DNA of 64,000 bases, taken from NCBI GenBank assembly GCA_002792635.1, contig PFOR01000012.1, forward strand, positions 24,475 through 88,474, in the 5' to 3' direction. The notes under the pieces are model-generated. The model saw only the letters and a program-made list of their open reading frames with translations, ran no database searches and was not told the origin of the DNA. This DNA comes from Candidatus Pacearchaeota archaeon CG_4_10_14_0_2_um_filter_35_33. GTDB taxonomy: Archaea; Nanobdellota; Nanobdellia; Pacearchaeales; GW2011-AR1. This document shows positions 38,649-48,091 of the stretch, piece after piece (the stretch's first letter is position 1; each line of letters starts with the position of its first letter). Both the position numbers and the translations under genes were made by a program.

Positions 38649-40385
38649 CTAACTCGGTCTAACTGTCCAAACATCACCGAAAGCAAAGGCGTCCTTTCTT
38701 TCCGTATCAGGTTTTTTTGGATTGTAAGTCCTATCCATCAAATGCAATACAGTTGCCTTTTCATTTGCCAAAGGCATATAGCCGTGCCAATATCCAGGAG
38801 GTGTTTTTACTAGAATTGAGTTCTTTTCTCCAATTGTGAGGACTTTTATTTTGGCTGGCTCTTGAGAATCATCGACTAAAACATATTTGATGTTTCCTTT
38901 TATACAGGTTGTATAATCTGTTTGTTTCGAATGTTTATGGAGCCCTTTTATTGTTCCTGGATAGAGTTCGGAAACTAAAGTTTGTCCAAATTTACCTGAA
39001 AACAGATTATCATCATTCCTAACAACTTCAAATAAATATCCTTGACCGTTTGCAATGACATTGAGCTTTTTTATTTCGACACCTGGAAAATCTTCAGAGT
39101 TTGGATTATTGGAAGGCTTGTTTGTTGATTCTGGTTCCAGAATTCTCGGGGTTGGATAATGGACAATAAATCGGCCTCCTCTTTTTAAAAATTCTGATTC
39201 TTTTTGCATTATTTCTTCTGCATGGTTCCATGCTGAAAGTAAAGCGTAATCTGCATTATCTTCGTGAAAATGTTCCGGAGAAACTATAGGGATGTGCTTT
39301 CCAGGGGAAAATCTACCTTGTTTGAAGGGTGTGGAATCTGAAATATATTCCAAAGTTTCCCTGCCTATATCGCAGTAATTTTGGACTATCGTTCCTTTTG
39401 AAGCTGCAGCATAACCTACTATTTTCTTTCCTTCATCCTTTAATTTTCTTAAAAGGGCTTTTAATTCTATTCTACTTTGTTCTACTTTCTTTGAAAGTTC
39501 TAGATATGGTTGAATTGTATCAATGTCTTTTTCTTTTTCCTCCTGGAGATATTTTTTTAGTCTGTCTGTTTTTGGATAGTCGCCTTTTCTGCATGCATAA
39601 ACCCTCATGCTTCCTCCGTGAACCCATTGTTTCTCAGCGTCAAATACTTCTAAGCCATATCTTTCGAATAAATTGGATAAGGAGGTTAATGAAAAATACC
39701 AAACATGTGCGTCATAAATCTGATCATATGAAACCTTTTCTAATATTTCTGGAATGTATGGGTCTTCCGTTATAAAGACTCCTTTGTTGGCTAAAAGCCT
39801 TTCTATTCCTTTCATACAACTGCCTATTTCGATTATACTTAACAAAACATTGGTTGAAAAGATTACCTTAAAGTTTCCTTTTTCTGCTAGGATTTTCCCT
39901 GCAAGCTCTTCTGTAAAAAATTTTGAAATTGTTTCAACTCCTTGAGTTCTTGCAACGTCAGCTACATTATCTGAGGGTTCAATTCCGAGAGTTTTGTTAT
40001 TTTTAAAGGCCTTTAATAGGATTCCATCATTGCTTCCGATATCTAAAACCTGGGAATTTTCATCCAAAAATTTTTCCTCGGCTTCTTTGGCCATCTCTGC
40101 AAAGTGCTTCTCCATGAATTTAGAAGTTGATGAAAAAAATGCATAATGGGTTTTTCCAGCATCATCTGGAACAATATACTTACTATAGGGTGGCATTTCT
40201 ATCAGTTGAACCATTTTACACTCTTCACAAAATCCAACGTCCAGGTTGTAGTAAAATTCTCCTTTTTCAAGAGTCTCTTTTGTAAGAAATGCATTGGCTA
40301 TAGGCATTTTACCGAATGAAATGAACTTTACAAGAGCTGGCTTATTACAAGCCTTACAAATAAATTTCTCAACTCCGAAAAGCAT
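38649..40385 (-). CDS. bifunctional fusion: NDP-hexose C-methyltransferase (TylCIII-like) fused to dTDP-4-dehydrorhamnose 3,5-epimerase-like cupin (RmlC-like)
   Basis: N-terminus: Cys4 zinc module (CKACNK…CEECKMVQL), SAM motif VLDIGSNDGILLKAF and a C-methyltransferase C-domain. C-terminal ~150 aa: RmlC-like cupin (…TIKGLHKH…PPGYWHGYMPL…YNPKKPDTERKDAFAFGD…). Confidence 0.6.
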   Translation of the reverse strand: MLFGVEKFICKACNKPALVKFISFGKMPIANAFLTKETLEKGEFYYNLDVGFCEECKMVQLIEMPPYSKYIVPDDAGKTHYAFFSSTSKFMEKHFAEMAKEAEEKFLDENSQVLDIGSNDGILLKAFKNNKTLGIEPSDNVADVARTQGVETISKFFTEELAGKILAEKGNFKVIFSTNVLLSIIEIGSCMKGIERLLANKGVFITEDPYIPEILEKVSYDQIYDAHVWYFSLTSLSNLFERYGLEVFDAEKQWVHGGSMRVYACRKGDYPKTDRLKKYLQEEKEKDIDTIQPYLELSKKVEQSRIELKALLRKLKDEGKKIVGYAAASKGTIVQNYCDIGRETLEYISDSTPFKQGRFSPGKHIPIVSPEHFHEDNADYALLSAWNHAEEIMQKESEFLKRGGRFIVHYPTPRILEPESTNKPSNNPNSEDFPGVEIKKLNVIANGQGYLFEVVRNDDNLFSGKFGQTLVSELYPGTIKGLHKHSKQTDYTTCIKGNIKYVLVDDSQEPAKIKVLTIGEKNSILVKTPPGYWHGYMPLANEKATVLHLMDRTYNPKKPDTERKDAFAFGDVWTVRPS

Positions 40386-40476
40386 AAGTCAGATTTAAAA
40401 AATCAGTTTAAATAGTTTTGTCTTATGTAGTATATAATACATAAATCTTTATTAATTGTTCTTGGGCTGATTTGAA

Positions 40477-41454
40477 ATGTTGAACAAGAAGGTTTTGATT
40501 ACTGGAGGATTGGGGTTTATTGGTAGTAATCTGGCTAAAAAATGTCTTGAGCTGGGCGCTGATGTGGAAATTTTTAGTAGTACTCTTGAGAAGGAAATTA
40601 ACATCAATGATTTTAGAAGCCGGTTAAAAGTTACATTAGGGGATATAACAAACTATGGTGATGTAAAAAAAGCAGTTGTTGAAAAAGACTTTATATTCCA
40701 TCTTGCCGGACAGACAAGTCATTTGGTTGCTATGGAGAATCCTTATCTTGATATTGATGCTAATCTTGTTGGGACAATTAATGTTCTGGAAGCTTGTAGG
40801 AAATTAAATAAGGGTGCAAAAATTTTAGGGATTGGAACAATTTCGCAAGTTGGATTGTCAGAAAAAGAGAGTAAAGAAGGACTAAAAGATGATCCTGTGG
40901 AAATTTATTCTGCTAACAAACTTATAACAGAGAAATATTTTCAAATCTACAATAATTCCTATGGGGTAAAAAGCTGTTTTCTTAGATTAAGCACTGTATA
41001 TGGGCAAAGGCAAAGATTGGATAATGCGAAGAGGGGAATTACCAATTATTTTATTGGAAGGCTTTTTAGGGGAGAGGATATAACTGTTTATGGAAAAGGT
41101 GATTTTATTAGGGAATATTTACATATAGATGATGTTGTAGATGCCTTAATATTGGCTGCTGTTAAGGATGTGGAAGGGGTTTTTGTTTTGGGGGGGGATA
41201 GGATGAAATTTATTGAAATGGCTTCAAAGTGTGTTGAAGTCTTTAGAGAGATAACCGGCAAAGAGGGGAAAATGAAATTTGTCGAATTCCCCGAATATGA
41301 AAAAAAGATAGATGCTGGAAATAATTATGTAAATTGTCTGAAGGCTAAAGAGGTACTTGGGTGGTATCCTAAAACTAGATTCGAACAAGGGATTAAAAAA
41401 ACGATAAATTACTACTTGAAAGAAAATAAGCTAGAGGGATATTTGAAATGTTGA
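40477..41454 (+). CDS. NAD-dependent epimerase/dehydratase (extended SDR, GalE/RmlB-like), paralogue 1
   Basis: Rossmann motif ITGGLGFIGSNL and catalytic YxxxK (YSANK). Confidence 0.75.
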   Translation: MLNKKVLITGGLGFIGSNLAKKCLELGADVEIFSSTLEKEININDFRSRLKVTLGDITNYGDVKKAVVEKDFIFHLAGQTSHLVAMENPYLDIDANLVGTINVLEACRKLNKGAKILGIGTISQVGLSEKESKEGLKDDPVEIYSANKLITEKYFQIYNNSYGVKSCFLRLSTVYGQRQRLDNAKRGITNYFIGRLFRGEDITVYGKGDFIREYLHIDDVVDALILAAVKDVEGVFVLGGDRMKFIEMASKCVEVFREITGKEGKMKFVEFPEYEKKIDAGNNYVNCLKAKEVLGWYPKTRFEQGIKKTINYYLKENKLEGYLKC

Positions 41455-42431
41455 ACAAGAAGGTTTTGATTACTGGAGGATTGGGGTTTATTGGTAGTAA
41501 TCTGGCTAAAAAATGTCTTGAGCTGGGCGCTGATGTGACTATATTGGACAACTTGATGGATGATACCGGATCTAATTTATTCAACATAGAAGAAATAAAA
41601 GAAAAAATTGAGTTTATAAGAGGTGATATAAGAGATAGGGATTTGATGGAAGAGGTTGTGAAAAATAAGGATATAATTTTCAATTTGGCAGCCCAGGTAA
41701 GCCCTGTTCTTTCTATGGAGAATCCTTATCTTGATATTGACATAAATTGTAAAGGCCAAATAACGGTATTAGAGGCTTGCCGAAAAAATAACCCTGGTGT
41801 TAAGATAATTTATTCTGGAACTAGGACTCAAACTGGTGCTGTTAAAAGTGGCATAATAGATGAAAACTGTGAAGACAATCCAAGCGATATTTATGGTGCT
41901 GGAAAATTAGCAGGAGAAATTTATCATTTAATTTATAACAAAGTTTATGGTATTAAAACATGTTCTCTAAGATTTACAAACATCTATGGTGAGAAGGCAC
42001 AGATAAAAAACCCTAAATATGGGGTGATAAACTGGATGATAGGTCGTGCTGTTTCTGGAAATTCTCTTGCTGTGTTTAAACCCGGAGACCAGTTGAGGGA
42101 CATCTTGTACATAAACGATGCCGTAGATGCCTTAATATTGGCTGCTGTTAAGGATGTGGAAGGGGTTTTTGTTGTTGGCTCAGGAAAAGGGGTGAAATTT
42201 GTAGATATTTCAAAATCAATTGCGGAGGTTTCTGGAAATGTTAAAGTTGAACTGGTGGATTGGCCCGAAAATAGAAAAAATATTGAAGTAGGGGATGCTG
42301 TTTTGGATATTGGCAAGATTATGGACTTGGGGTGGTCGCCAAAGGTGTCTTTATATGAAGGATTGAGAAAAACAGTAGATTTTTATAGAAATCATTTAGA
42401 CAAATATATTATGGAAGGAAAAAAGTTTTGA
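41448..42431 (+). CDS. NAD-dependent epimerase/dehydratase (extended SDR), paralogue 2
   Basis: Same motifs (YGAGK). The first 30 codons are nucleotide-identical to paralogue 1. Confidence 0.75.
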   Translation: MLNKKVLITGGLGFIGSNLAKKCLELGADVTILDNLMDDTGSNLFNIEEIKEKIEFIRGDIRDRDLMEEVVKNKDIIFNLAAQVSPVLSMENPYLDIDINCKGQITVLEACRKNNPGVKIIYSGTRTQTGAVKSGIIDENCEDNPSDIYGAGKLAGEIYHLIYNKVYGIKTCSLRFTNIYGEKAQIKNPKYGVINWMIGRAVSGNSLAVFKPGDQLRDILYINDAVDALILAAVKDVEGVFVVGSGKGVKFVDISKSIAEVSGNVKVELVDWPENRKNIEVGDAVLDIGKIMDLGWSPKVSLYEGLRKTVDFYRNHLDKYIMEGKKF

Positions 42432-43357
42432 TTACCGGGGGATTAGGCCATATTGGGAGCAAGTTAATTAGAGAGTATTCTAAAAGAGAAGATATAAGCT
42501 TGATTAGAATTTTGGATAACTTTTTGGTCCAGAGATATTGTTCATTGTTTAATCTTCCTGAAAGCAAAAAATATGAGTTTATAGAAGGAGACATTATCAA
42601 TCAGAATGATTTAGAAGAGGCTATGAATGGAATAGATTTGGTTATACATTTAGCAGCAATTACGGATGCTCCAGCTACTTTACAAAACAAAGAAGAAACA
42701 TTAAGAGTTAATCTAGAGGGAACTAAGAATGTTATAGAATGTGCGATTAAAAATAAAGTTAAGAAATTTCTATTTCCCTCGACAACTAGTGTATATGGAG
42801 AAGCAGAGGGATTTGTGGATGAAGAATATTCTGACAATTTATACAAACCCTCTAGTCCCTATGCAGAGGCTAAAAAGATTGCTGAAAAGCTAGTTCTTGA
42901 AGCAAATGGCAAGGGGATAGAAACCAATGTATTGAGGTTAGGAACTATTTTTGGAACTAGTATTGGCATGAGATTCCATACTGCAGTAAACAAATTCTGT
43001 TATCTTGCTGCCTTGAATAAGCCATTAACTGTCTGGGATACTGCCCTGAATAACAAAAGACCTTATTTGGGATTGGATGATGCAATTTCTTCATTTATGT
43101 TTGTTGAGAAGAAAGGGGTACCTGGAGAGCTTTATAATGTCCTTACAAAAAATTATACCGTCCAGGAAATGATTGATAAAATTAGGAAAGTGGTTCCTGA
43201 TTTGAAAGTCGAAATTACGAAATCGCCTATCTTGAATCAGAAATCATATAACGTTTCTGACAAAAAGATTAGAGAGCTTGGTTTTGTTCCCAAGGATAAT
43301 ATTGAGGATTCTGTGAAGGATACGATAAATTTGTTTAAGGCTATCAAAAACCCATAA
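42428..43357 (+). CDS. NAD-dependent epimerase/dehydratase (extended SDR), paralogue 3 (non-ATG start)
   Basis: ITGGLGHIGSKL…YAEAK. The frame is open upstream (…GRKKVLITGG) with no ATG, so a TTG start at 42428 or an N-terminal truncation. Confidence 0.6.
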   Translation: MITGGLGHIGSKLIREYSKREDISLIRILDNFLVQRYCSLFNLPESKKYEFIEGDIINQNDLEEAMNGIDLVIHLAAITDAPATLQNKEETLRVNLEGTKNVIECAIKNKVKKFLFPSTTSVYGEAEGFVDEEYSDNLYKPSSPYAEAKKIAEKLVLEANGKGIETNVLRLGTIFGTSIGMRFHTAVNKFCYLAALNKPLTVWDTALNNKRPYLGLDDAISSFMFVEKKGVPGELYNVLTKNYTVQEMIDKIRKVVPDLKVEITKSPILNQKSYNVSDKKIRELGFVPKDNIEDSVKDTINLFKAIKNP

Positions 43358-43403
43358 TTTTGAGTATCTAAATAAATATAAATGGTTTATTGGAAAAATT
43401 TTA

Positions 43404-44597
43404 ATGGAAACGGAGGATAGAATAAAAAATAGTTTTCAGAACTTAAAGAAAGATATTGAAAGTATTAAGAAATCGATAGATTCTTTGAAGAAAGATGATT
43501 TTTCTAAATCTGATGGAAGAATTTTTACATCTAAACCGTCCGTAAATTCAGACATGCTTGATGCTGTTAAAGAGGTTTTTGAATCTGGAATTTTCTCGAA
43601 TGGTGAAAAGTCAAAAGATTTTGAGGAAAGTTTTGCGAAATTTACTGGGGCAAAATATGCTATTGCTGTTTCCAATGGCACTGCAGCTATAGAAATAGTG
43701 TTGCAGGCATTGGGAATAAAAGAGGGGGATGAGATTATTGTTCCTTCATATACAACTATGCCTAGTATCGAGCCAATAATTGGAGTGGATGCGAAACCTG
43801 TATTTGTGGATATTGATGAATTTTTTACAATTAATCCAAAAAAAATAGAAAGGGTGATTACAAAAAAGACAAAAGGCAATAATTCCAGTCCATTTATATG
43901 GAAACTCGGCTGATATTGGTAAAATAAAAAGAATTTGTGATAAACATAAATTGTTATTGGTTGAAGATTGCGCCCAAGCCCATAATACCCTTTATATGAA
44001 CAAACATGGGGGTACTTTTGGTGATGCTGGTTGTTTCAGTTTTTATCCTACGAAAAATATTACGGTCTTGGGAGAAGGGGGAATGATTATAACCAATAAT
44101 GAGAAGTTAGCTAAAAAAATGAGAAAAATCGTTAACCATGGTGAAGAGGGAGATATTCCCATGTAGTCTTAGGTGGGAATTATAGACTTGGAGAAATTTC
44201 TAGTGCTATTGGTCTAGAACAGTTGAAACTAATTGAAAGATTTACGGATAGAAGAAGAGAAATTGCTCGAATCTATGATTGAAACTGGAAAAGTAAAAAA
44301 ATAATCTTACCTAGAGAGCCAAAATACTCTCGACATTCATATCATCTATATGTTATAAGGGTTAATCCAAAAAAGAGAGATAAAATAATTGAAGAATTAA
44401 GAAAAGAAAACATATTTCTTGGAATCTATTATCCCGTGCCTTGCCATTTGCAGAAAGTTGTTCTGGATAGATTTGAAAGAAAGAAACTCTTGAATACCGA
44501 GAAGAGAGTCAAAGAAATTATTTCGCTTCCCATGTACCCAAATTTAACTGATGACCGGGCAGTTAGAATAGCAAAATTAGTCAAAAAATTAGCTTGA
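43404..44597 (+). pseudogene. DegT/DnrJ/EryC1/StrS-family sugar aminotransferase, disrupted by multiple frameshifts/stops
   Basis: Ordered family segments lie in different frames: …AIAVSNGTAAIEIVLQALGIKEGDEIIVPSYT…ITKKTKG | AIIPVHLYGNSADIGKIKRICDKHKLLLVEDCAQAH…FSFYPTKNITVLGEGGMIITNN…NHGEEG | YSHVVLGGNYRLGEISSAIGLEQLKLIERFTDRRREIARIYD* | …LPREPKYSRHSYHLYVIRVN…IISLPMYPNLTDDRAVRIAKLV. Confidence 0.7.
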
Positions 44598-45347
44598 GGT
44601 TTCCTGTCTAAATGTTGGTCGACTTTGCAAATCCTTGTCTATTAAGAATTTACTCGATTTAAAGAGGCTTTCAAAGGTTCCTGCGTCTGACCAGAATCCT
44701 TTTATAATATCATACTTGCAATTTCCCTCTTTGACATAGAAATCAATCGCGTCTGTTATTTCTAGTTCTCCTCTTGCAGATGGAGACTGGCGATTTATCT
44801 TTTCAAACACTGTTGAATCAAACATGTATAATCCAGTTATTGCAAGATTTGATTTAGGATCTCTTGGTTTTTCTTCCACATAAACAACTTTATCCTCTTC
44901 TACGACAGCGCATCCGAAACGTCTGCCTGACTCGATTGACACTTCTTTCAAAAAAATTCTTGCGCCTGATTCTTGTTTTTCAAATTCTTGTACAAATTGA
45001 AATATATCGTCCTCAAAAATATTATCTCCTAAAATTACGATAACTTTATCTTCCCCTACAAATTTTCTCCCTACATTTAATGCTTGTGCTATCCCTCCTG
45101 CTTCTTCTTGGATGTCGTATGCTAAATCCACTCCGAATTCCTTTCCTGAGCCAAGTAAATTTAGAAAATCTCCTGCGTGTCCTGGTCCAGAAACAATTAA
45201 AATATCCTTTACGCCTGCATCTGCTAAAGTTTTGATTGGATAATATATCATTGGCTTGTTGTATACGGGCAATAAATGTTTATTCGTAACTTTTGTACAC
45301 GGATACATCCTGCTTCCTGTCCCCCCTGCCAAAATTATTCCTTTCAT
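44589..45347 (-). CDS. rmlA: glucose-1-phosphate thymidylyltransferase-family nucleotidyltransferase
   Basis: MKGIILAGGTGSRMYPCTKVTNKHLLPVYNKPMIYYPI… is the RmlA/sugar-nucleotidyltransferase N-terminal signature. Confidence 0.8.
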   Translation of the reverse strand: MKGIILAGGTGSRMYPCTKVTNKHLLPVYNKPMIYYPIKTLADAGVKDILIVSGPGHAGDFLNLLGSGKEFGVDLAYDIQEEAGGIAQALNVGRKFVGEDKVIVILGDNIFEDDIFQFVQEFEKQESGARIFLKEVSIESGRRFGCAVVEEDKVVYVEEKPRDPKSNLAITGLYMFDSTVFEKINRQSPSARGELEITDAIDFYVKEGNCKYDIIKGFWSDAGTFESLFKSSKFLIDKDLQSRPTFRQETSS

Positions 45348-46339
45348 GAAGTTCTCCTCCCTTCAATATTTTTTAAAGGTTCCCACCACCAGCTGTTTTG
45401 TTTATACCATTGTACGGTCTCATTAAGCGCGCTATCAAAACTATGTTTGGGATTCCAACCCATGGATTTTATCTTTGAACAGTCTAAAGAATATCTTAAA
45501 TCGTGGCCTTTTCTATCTTCTACATATTTTATTGATGATTCATCCGCACCTAAACAGGATAGGATGGATTTTGTTAAATCCAGATTTTGTAGCTCATTCC
45601 CTCCGCCGATATTATAAACTTCTCCTGGCTGGCCATTGTGGATGATAAAGTCTATAGCCTCGCAATTATCTGAAACGTGTATCCAATCCCTTACATTCTT
45701 TCCTGTTCCATATAATGGAACCTTTTTCTCTCCGATTAAGTTTGTTATGAATAATGGCATGACTTTTTCAGGGAACTGATAAGGACCAAAATTATTTGAA
45801 GATCTTGTTATGATTATGGGTTGATTAAATGTTCTTATGTTCCCCATGCACACCATTTCTGCTGCAGCTTTTGAAGCACTATATGGAGATGAAGGGTTTA
45901 ACAAATCTTTTTCTGTGCTTGATTTAGAATCAAACCCTAAGGAGCCATAGACTTCATCAGTAGATATTTGAATAAATAACTTGGCCTTTTTTCTTCTCGC
46001 GGCCTCTAAGATTGAGTGTGTTCCAAGAACATTATTTTCTATGAATACTTCTGGTTCGTTAATAGAATTATCCACGTGTGATTCTGCGGCGAAATTGACT
46101 ACTATATCCCCTTCATCTACGAGGTGTTGCATAAGGGCATAATTTTTAATATCTGCTTTGATAAATTGATAATTATCGGATTTTATATCTCTTAGATTTT
46201 CTAGATTTCCTGAGTAACTCAGCTTATCTATATTGATTACCTTATAATGGGGATACTTATTAATGATACATCTGATGAAATTCGAGCCTATAAATCCGGC
46301 ACCTCCTGTGACTATCACTCTTTGGGCCATATTAAGCAA
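45344..46339 (-). CDS. rmlB: dTDP-glucose 4,6-dehydratase
   Basis: VIVTGGAGFIGSNF…, YSASKAAAE catalytic motif, RmlB-type length. Start probably at the second ATG (MAQRVIV). Confidence 0.8.
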   Translation of the reverse strand: MLNMAQRVIVTGGAGFIGSNFIRCIINKYPHYKVINIDKLSYSGNLENLRDIKSDNYQFIKADIKNYALMQHLVDEGDIVVNFAAESHVDNSINEPEVFIENNVLGTHSILEAARRKKAKLFIQISTDEVYGSLGFDSKSSTEKDLLNPSSPYSASKAAAEMVCMGNIRTFNQPIIITRSSNNFGPYQFPEKVMPLFITNLIGEKKVPLYGTGKNVRDWIHVSDNCEAIDFIIHNGQPGEVYNIGGGNELQNLDLTKSILSCLGADESSIKYVEDRKGHDLRYSLDCSKIKSMGWNPKHSFDSALNETVQWYKQNSWWWEPLKNIEGRRTS

Positions 46340-46386
46340 AGATTTGAGGGTAATTTAAATTTAATTATCTGTCAATATATAGTTTT

Positions 46387-48057
46387 TTATCTTGAAATCT
46401 CGTAGATAAATGTATCTTGGTGAGTTGAAGCAAGCCTGAAAGTGATTCCATCAATTTCCATTGTTTCCTTGACGGTTTGCTGTTGATTTATCAGGTCTAA
46501 TTGAGTATCCATGAAAGGTACTTCTATAGAGCCGATTATCGTCTGGCCATTTTGTGAATTTTGGAAATAATTCAGTTGAACCATCCAGGGGGGTAGGGCA
46601 GGTTCAAATATATAGATTACAAGATATCTTATTTCTGGGTTATCCTTCATGGCTTGGGTGAATTCTTCCAAAGAGACTTCGGAAAAACGTTTCTCAAATA
46701 TCCATTCAGGGTCTTCTACATTTCTTTCCGAGTAATAAGCTAAGACAGGGGTGGGATAGCCTAATGCTGAATCAGAGGGATTTGAATTTGATTGGATAAA
46801 AAGTCCTGCTTCCTTTACTCCTGTGAATGAACTTACTTTCGATTTTATTATTGGGTCTGCATGCTGGATTTGATAGTATCCGCCGTAGCCCACTAAAACA
46901 ACGATTATGATTATAGGAATGTATTTGTGATATTTCTTGAAAAAATTCGCAATAATGGTTGTGCTTCGAGAAATACAGATAAATGAGCCCATTAAAAGAG
47001 GAAAATACCACCTGGGTTCTCCGAAGTCTCCTTGTGCTTGTTGATAGAAGAGAAAATAAGATAATGTAATTGCTATCGTTAATATGAAAAACAAATCTGA
47101 ACGAACTTTTGAATTCTGGGATTTTCTAATATGTCCAAGTGAAATGAATATGTTAGCCAACAGGGCTAGTGCGCCTAACCAGAACAAATAAAGAAGTGGG
47201 CTTGCTAATGCATTTGAAGTATTTTGAAAAAACGCTGAGAAAACATCGAAAGGCAATAAATTGAAGGGTGTTTCTCCACTCGTATACTTAGCAGCCACTT
47301 TTGTTATTGGTGCGAGAAATGCAAAAAACTCCAAAAATAAGATCAACGGAATTGAAACTGCAAGAGCTATCCAATTATATTTATCTTTTACTAGATGGGT
47401 AAATTTTCTAGTAAGCAACATGTAAATGATAAAGAAAAATCCAAATACAAAATACCCACGTCTGAATCCGTATGAAAGAACAGAAAGTACTGCTACAAGA
47501 GGAATTGCCCAATGGGATTTTATTTTTCCAAAGATTAGTTTTTTCTTCTCATATCCTTGCCAAAAGACTAATATAGCAAGTAGGCCAAAGAACAAGGCAG
47601 GTATCCCTAAATGAAACCTCATGCTATTGAATAAGATAGACCACAACGTAGCCATTAAAAAAGCAGAAATTAAGGCTATCTTTTTGTCTTTATAAGCCTC
47701 TACTGAAATAAAATAAACTATTGCAATTATTAATATCGAGGGCAATATTTCTAAGATAAATTTGATTGCTACTTCGGAAAGTGCAAATTTAAACAAAAGT
47801 GCAACTATATAGTAGAACAAGGTGTTGTGCTGAGAAGAGACAGACCATTCTACCGGAAATCCGGCGAGATTCTTTGCATAAGCCATATAATCCGCCTCAT
47901 CCCACCATAAAGGTTGAGATTTTGTAAGTGAAAAATAATAAAGACGAATTACAATTCCGAGAATTAAAATTGTAATAAATGTTAGGGTGTAAGGGTCTTT
48001 AATCCAGGCTATAACCTTATTTTTTCGACTTTGTATTATTTCTGAGGAATCATCCAT
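46387..48057 (-). CDS. GT-C fold membrane glycosyltransferase (ArnT/PMT-like, GT39/GT83-type)
   Basis: 556 aa, ~12 TM helices. First extracytoplasmic loop carries WWDEADY (DExxY-type GT-C motif). Confidence 0.5.
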   Translation of the reverse strand: MDDSSEIIQSRKNKVIAWIKDPYTLTFITILILGIVIRLYYFSLTKSQPLWWDEADYMAYAKNLAGFPVEWSVSSQHNTLFYYIVALLFKFALSEVAIKFILEILPSILIIAIVYFISVEAYKDKKIALISAFLMATLWSILFNSMRFHLGIPALFFGLLAILVFWQGYEKKKLIFGKIKSHWAIPLVAVLSVLSYGFRRGYFVFGFFFIIYMLLTRKFTHLVKDKYNWIALAVSIPLILFLEFFAFLAPITKVAAKYTSGETPFNLLPFDVFSAFFQNTSNALASPLLYLFWLGALALLANIFISLGHIRKSQNSKVRSDLFFILTIAITLSYFLFYQQAQGDFGEPRWYFPLLMGSFICISRSTTIIANFFKKYHKYIPIIIIVVLVGYGGYYQIQHADPIIKSKVSSFTGVKEAGLFIQSNSNPSDSALGYPTPVLAYYSERNVEDPEWIFEKRFSEVSLEEFTQAMKDNPEIRYLVIYIFEPALPPWMVQLNYFQNSQNGQTIIGSIEVPFMDTQLDLINQQQTVKETMEIDGITFRLASTHQDTFIYEISR

Positions 48058-48091
48058 TATGTTTTAGGGGCAAGAGGTTTTTTATTAGTTT

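Noticed and set aside
40470-41537. Identical 97-bp segments as evidence of a mobile element or terminal repeat
   Set aside because: They are the 5' ends of two paralogous SDR genes, and a second identical block is internal to both genes. This is better explained by gene conversion between tandem paralogues.
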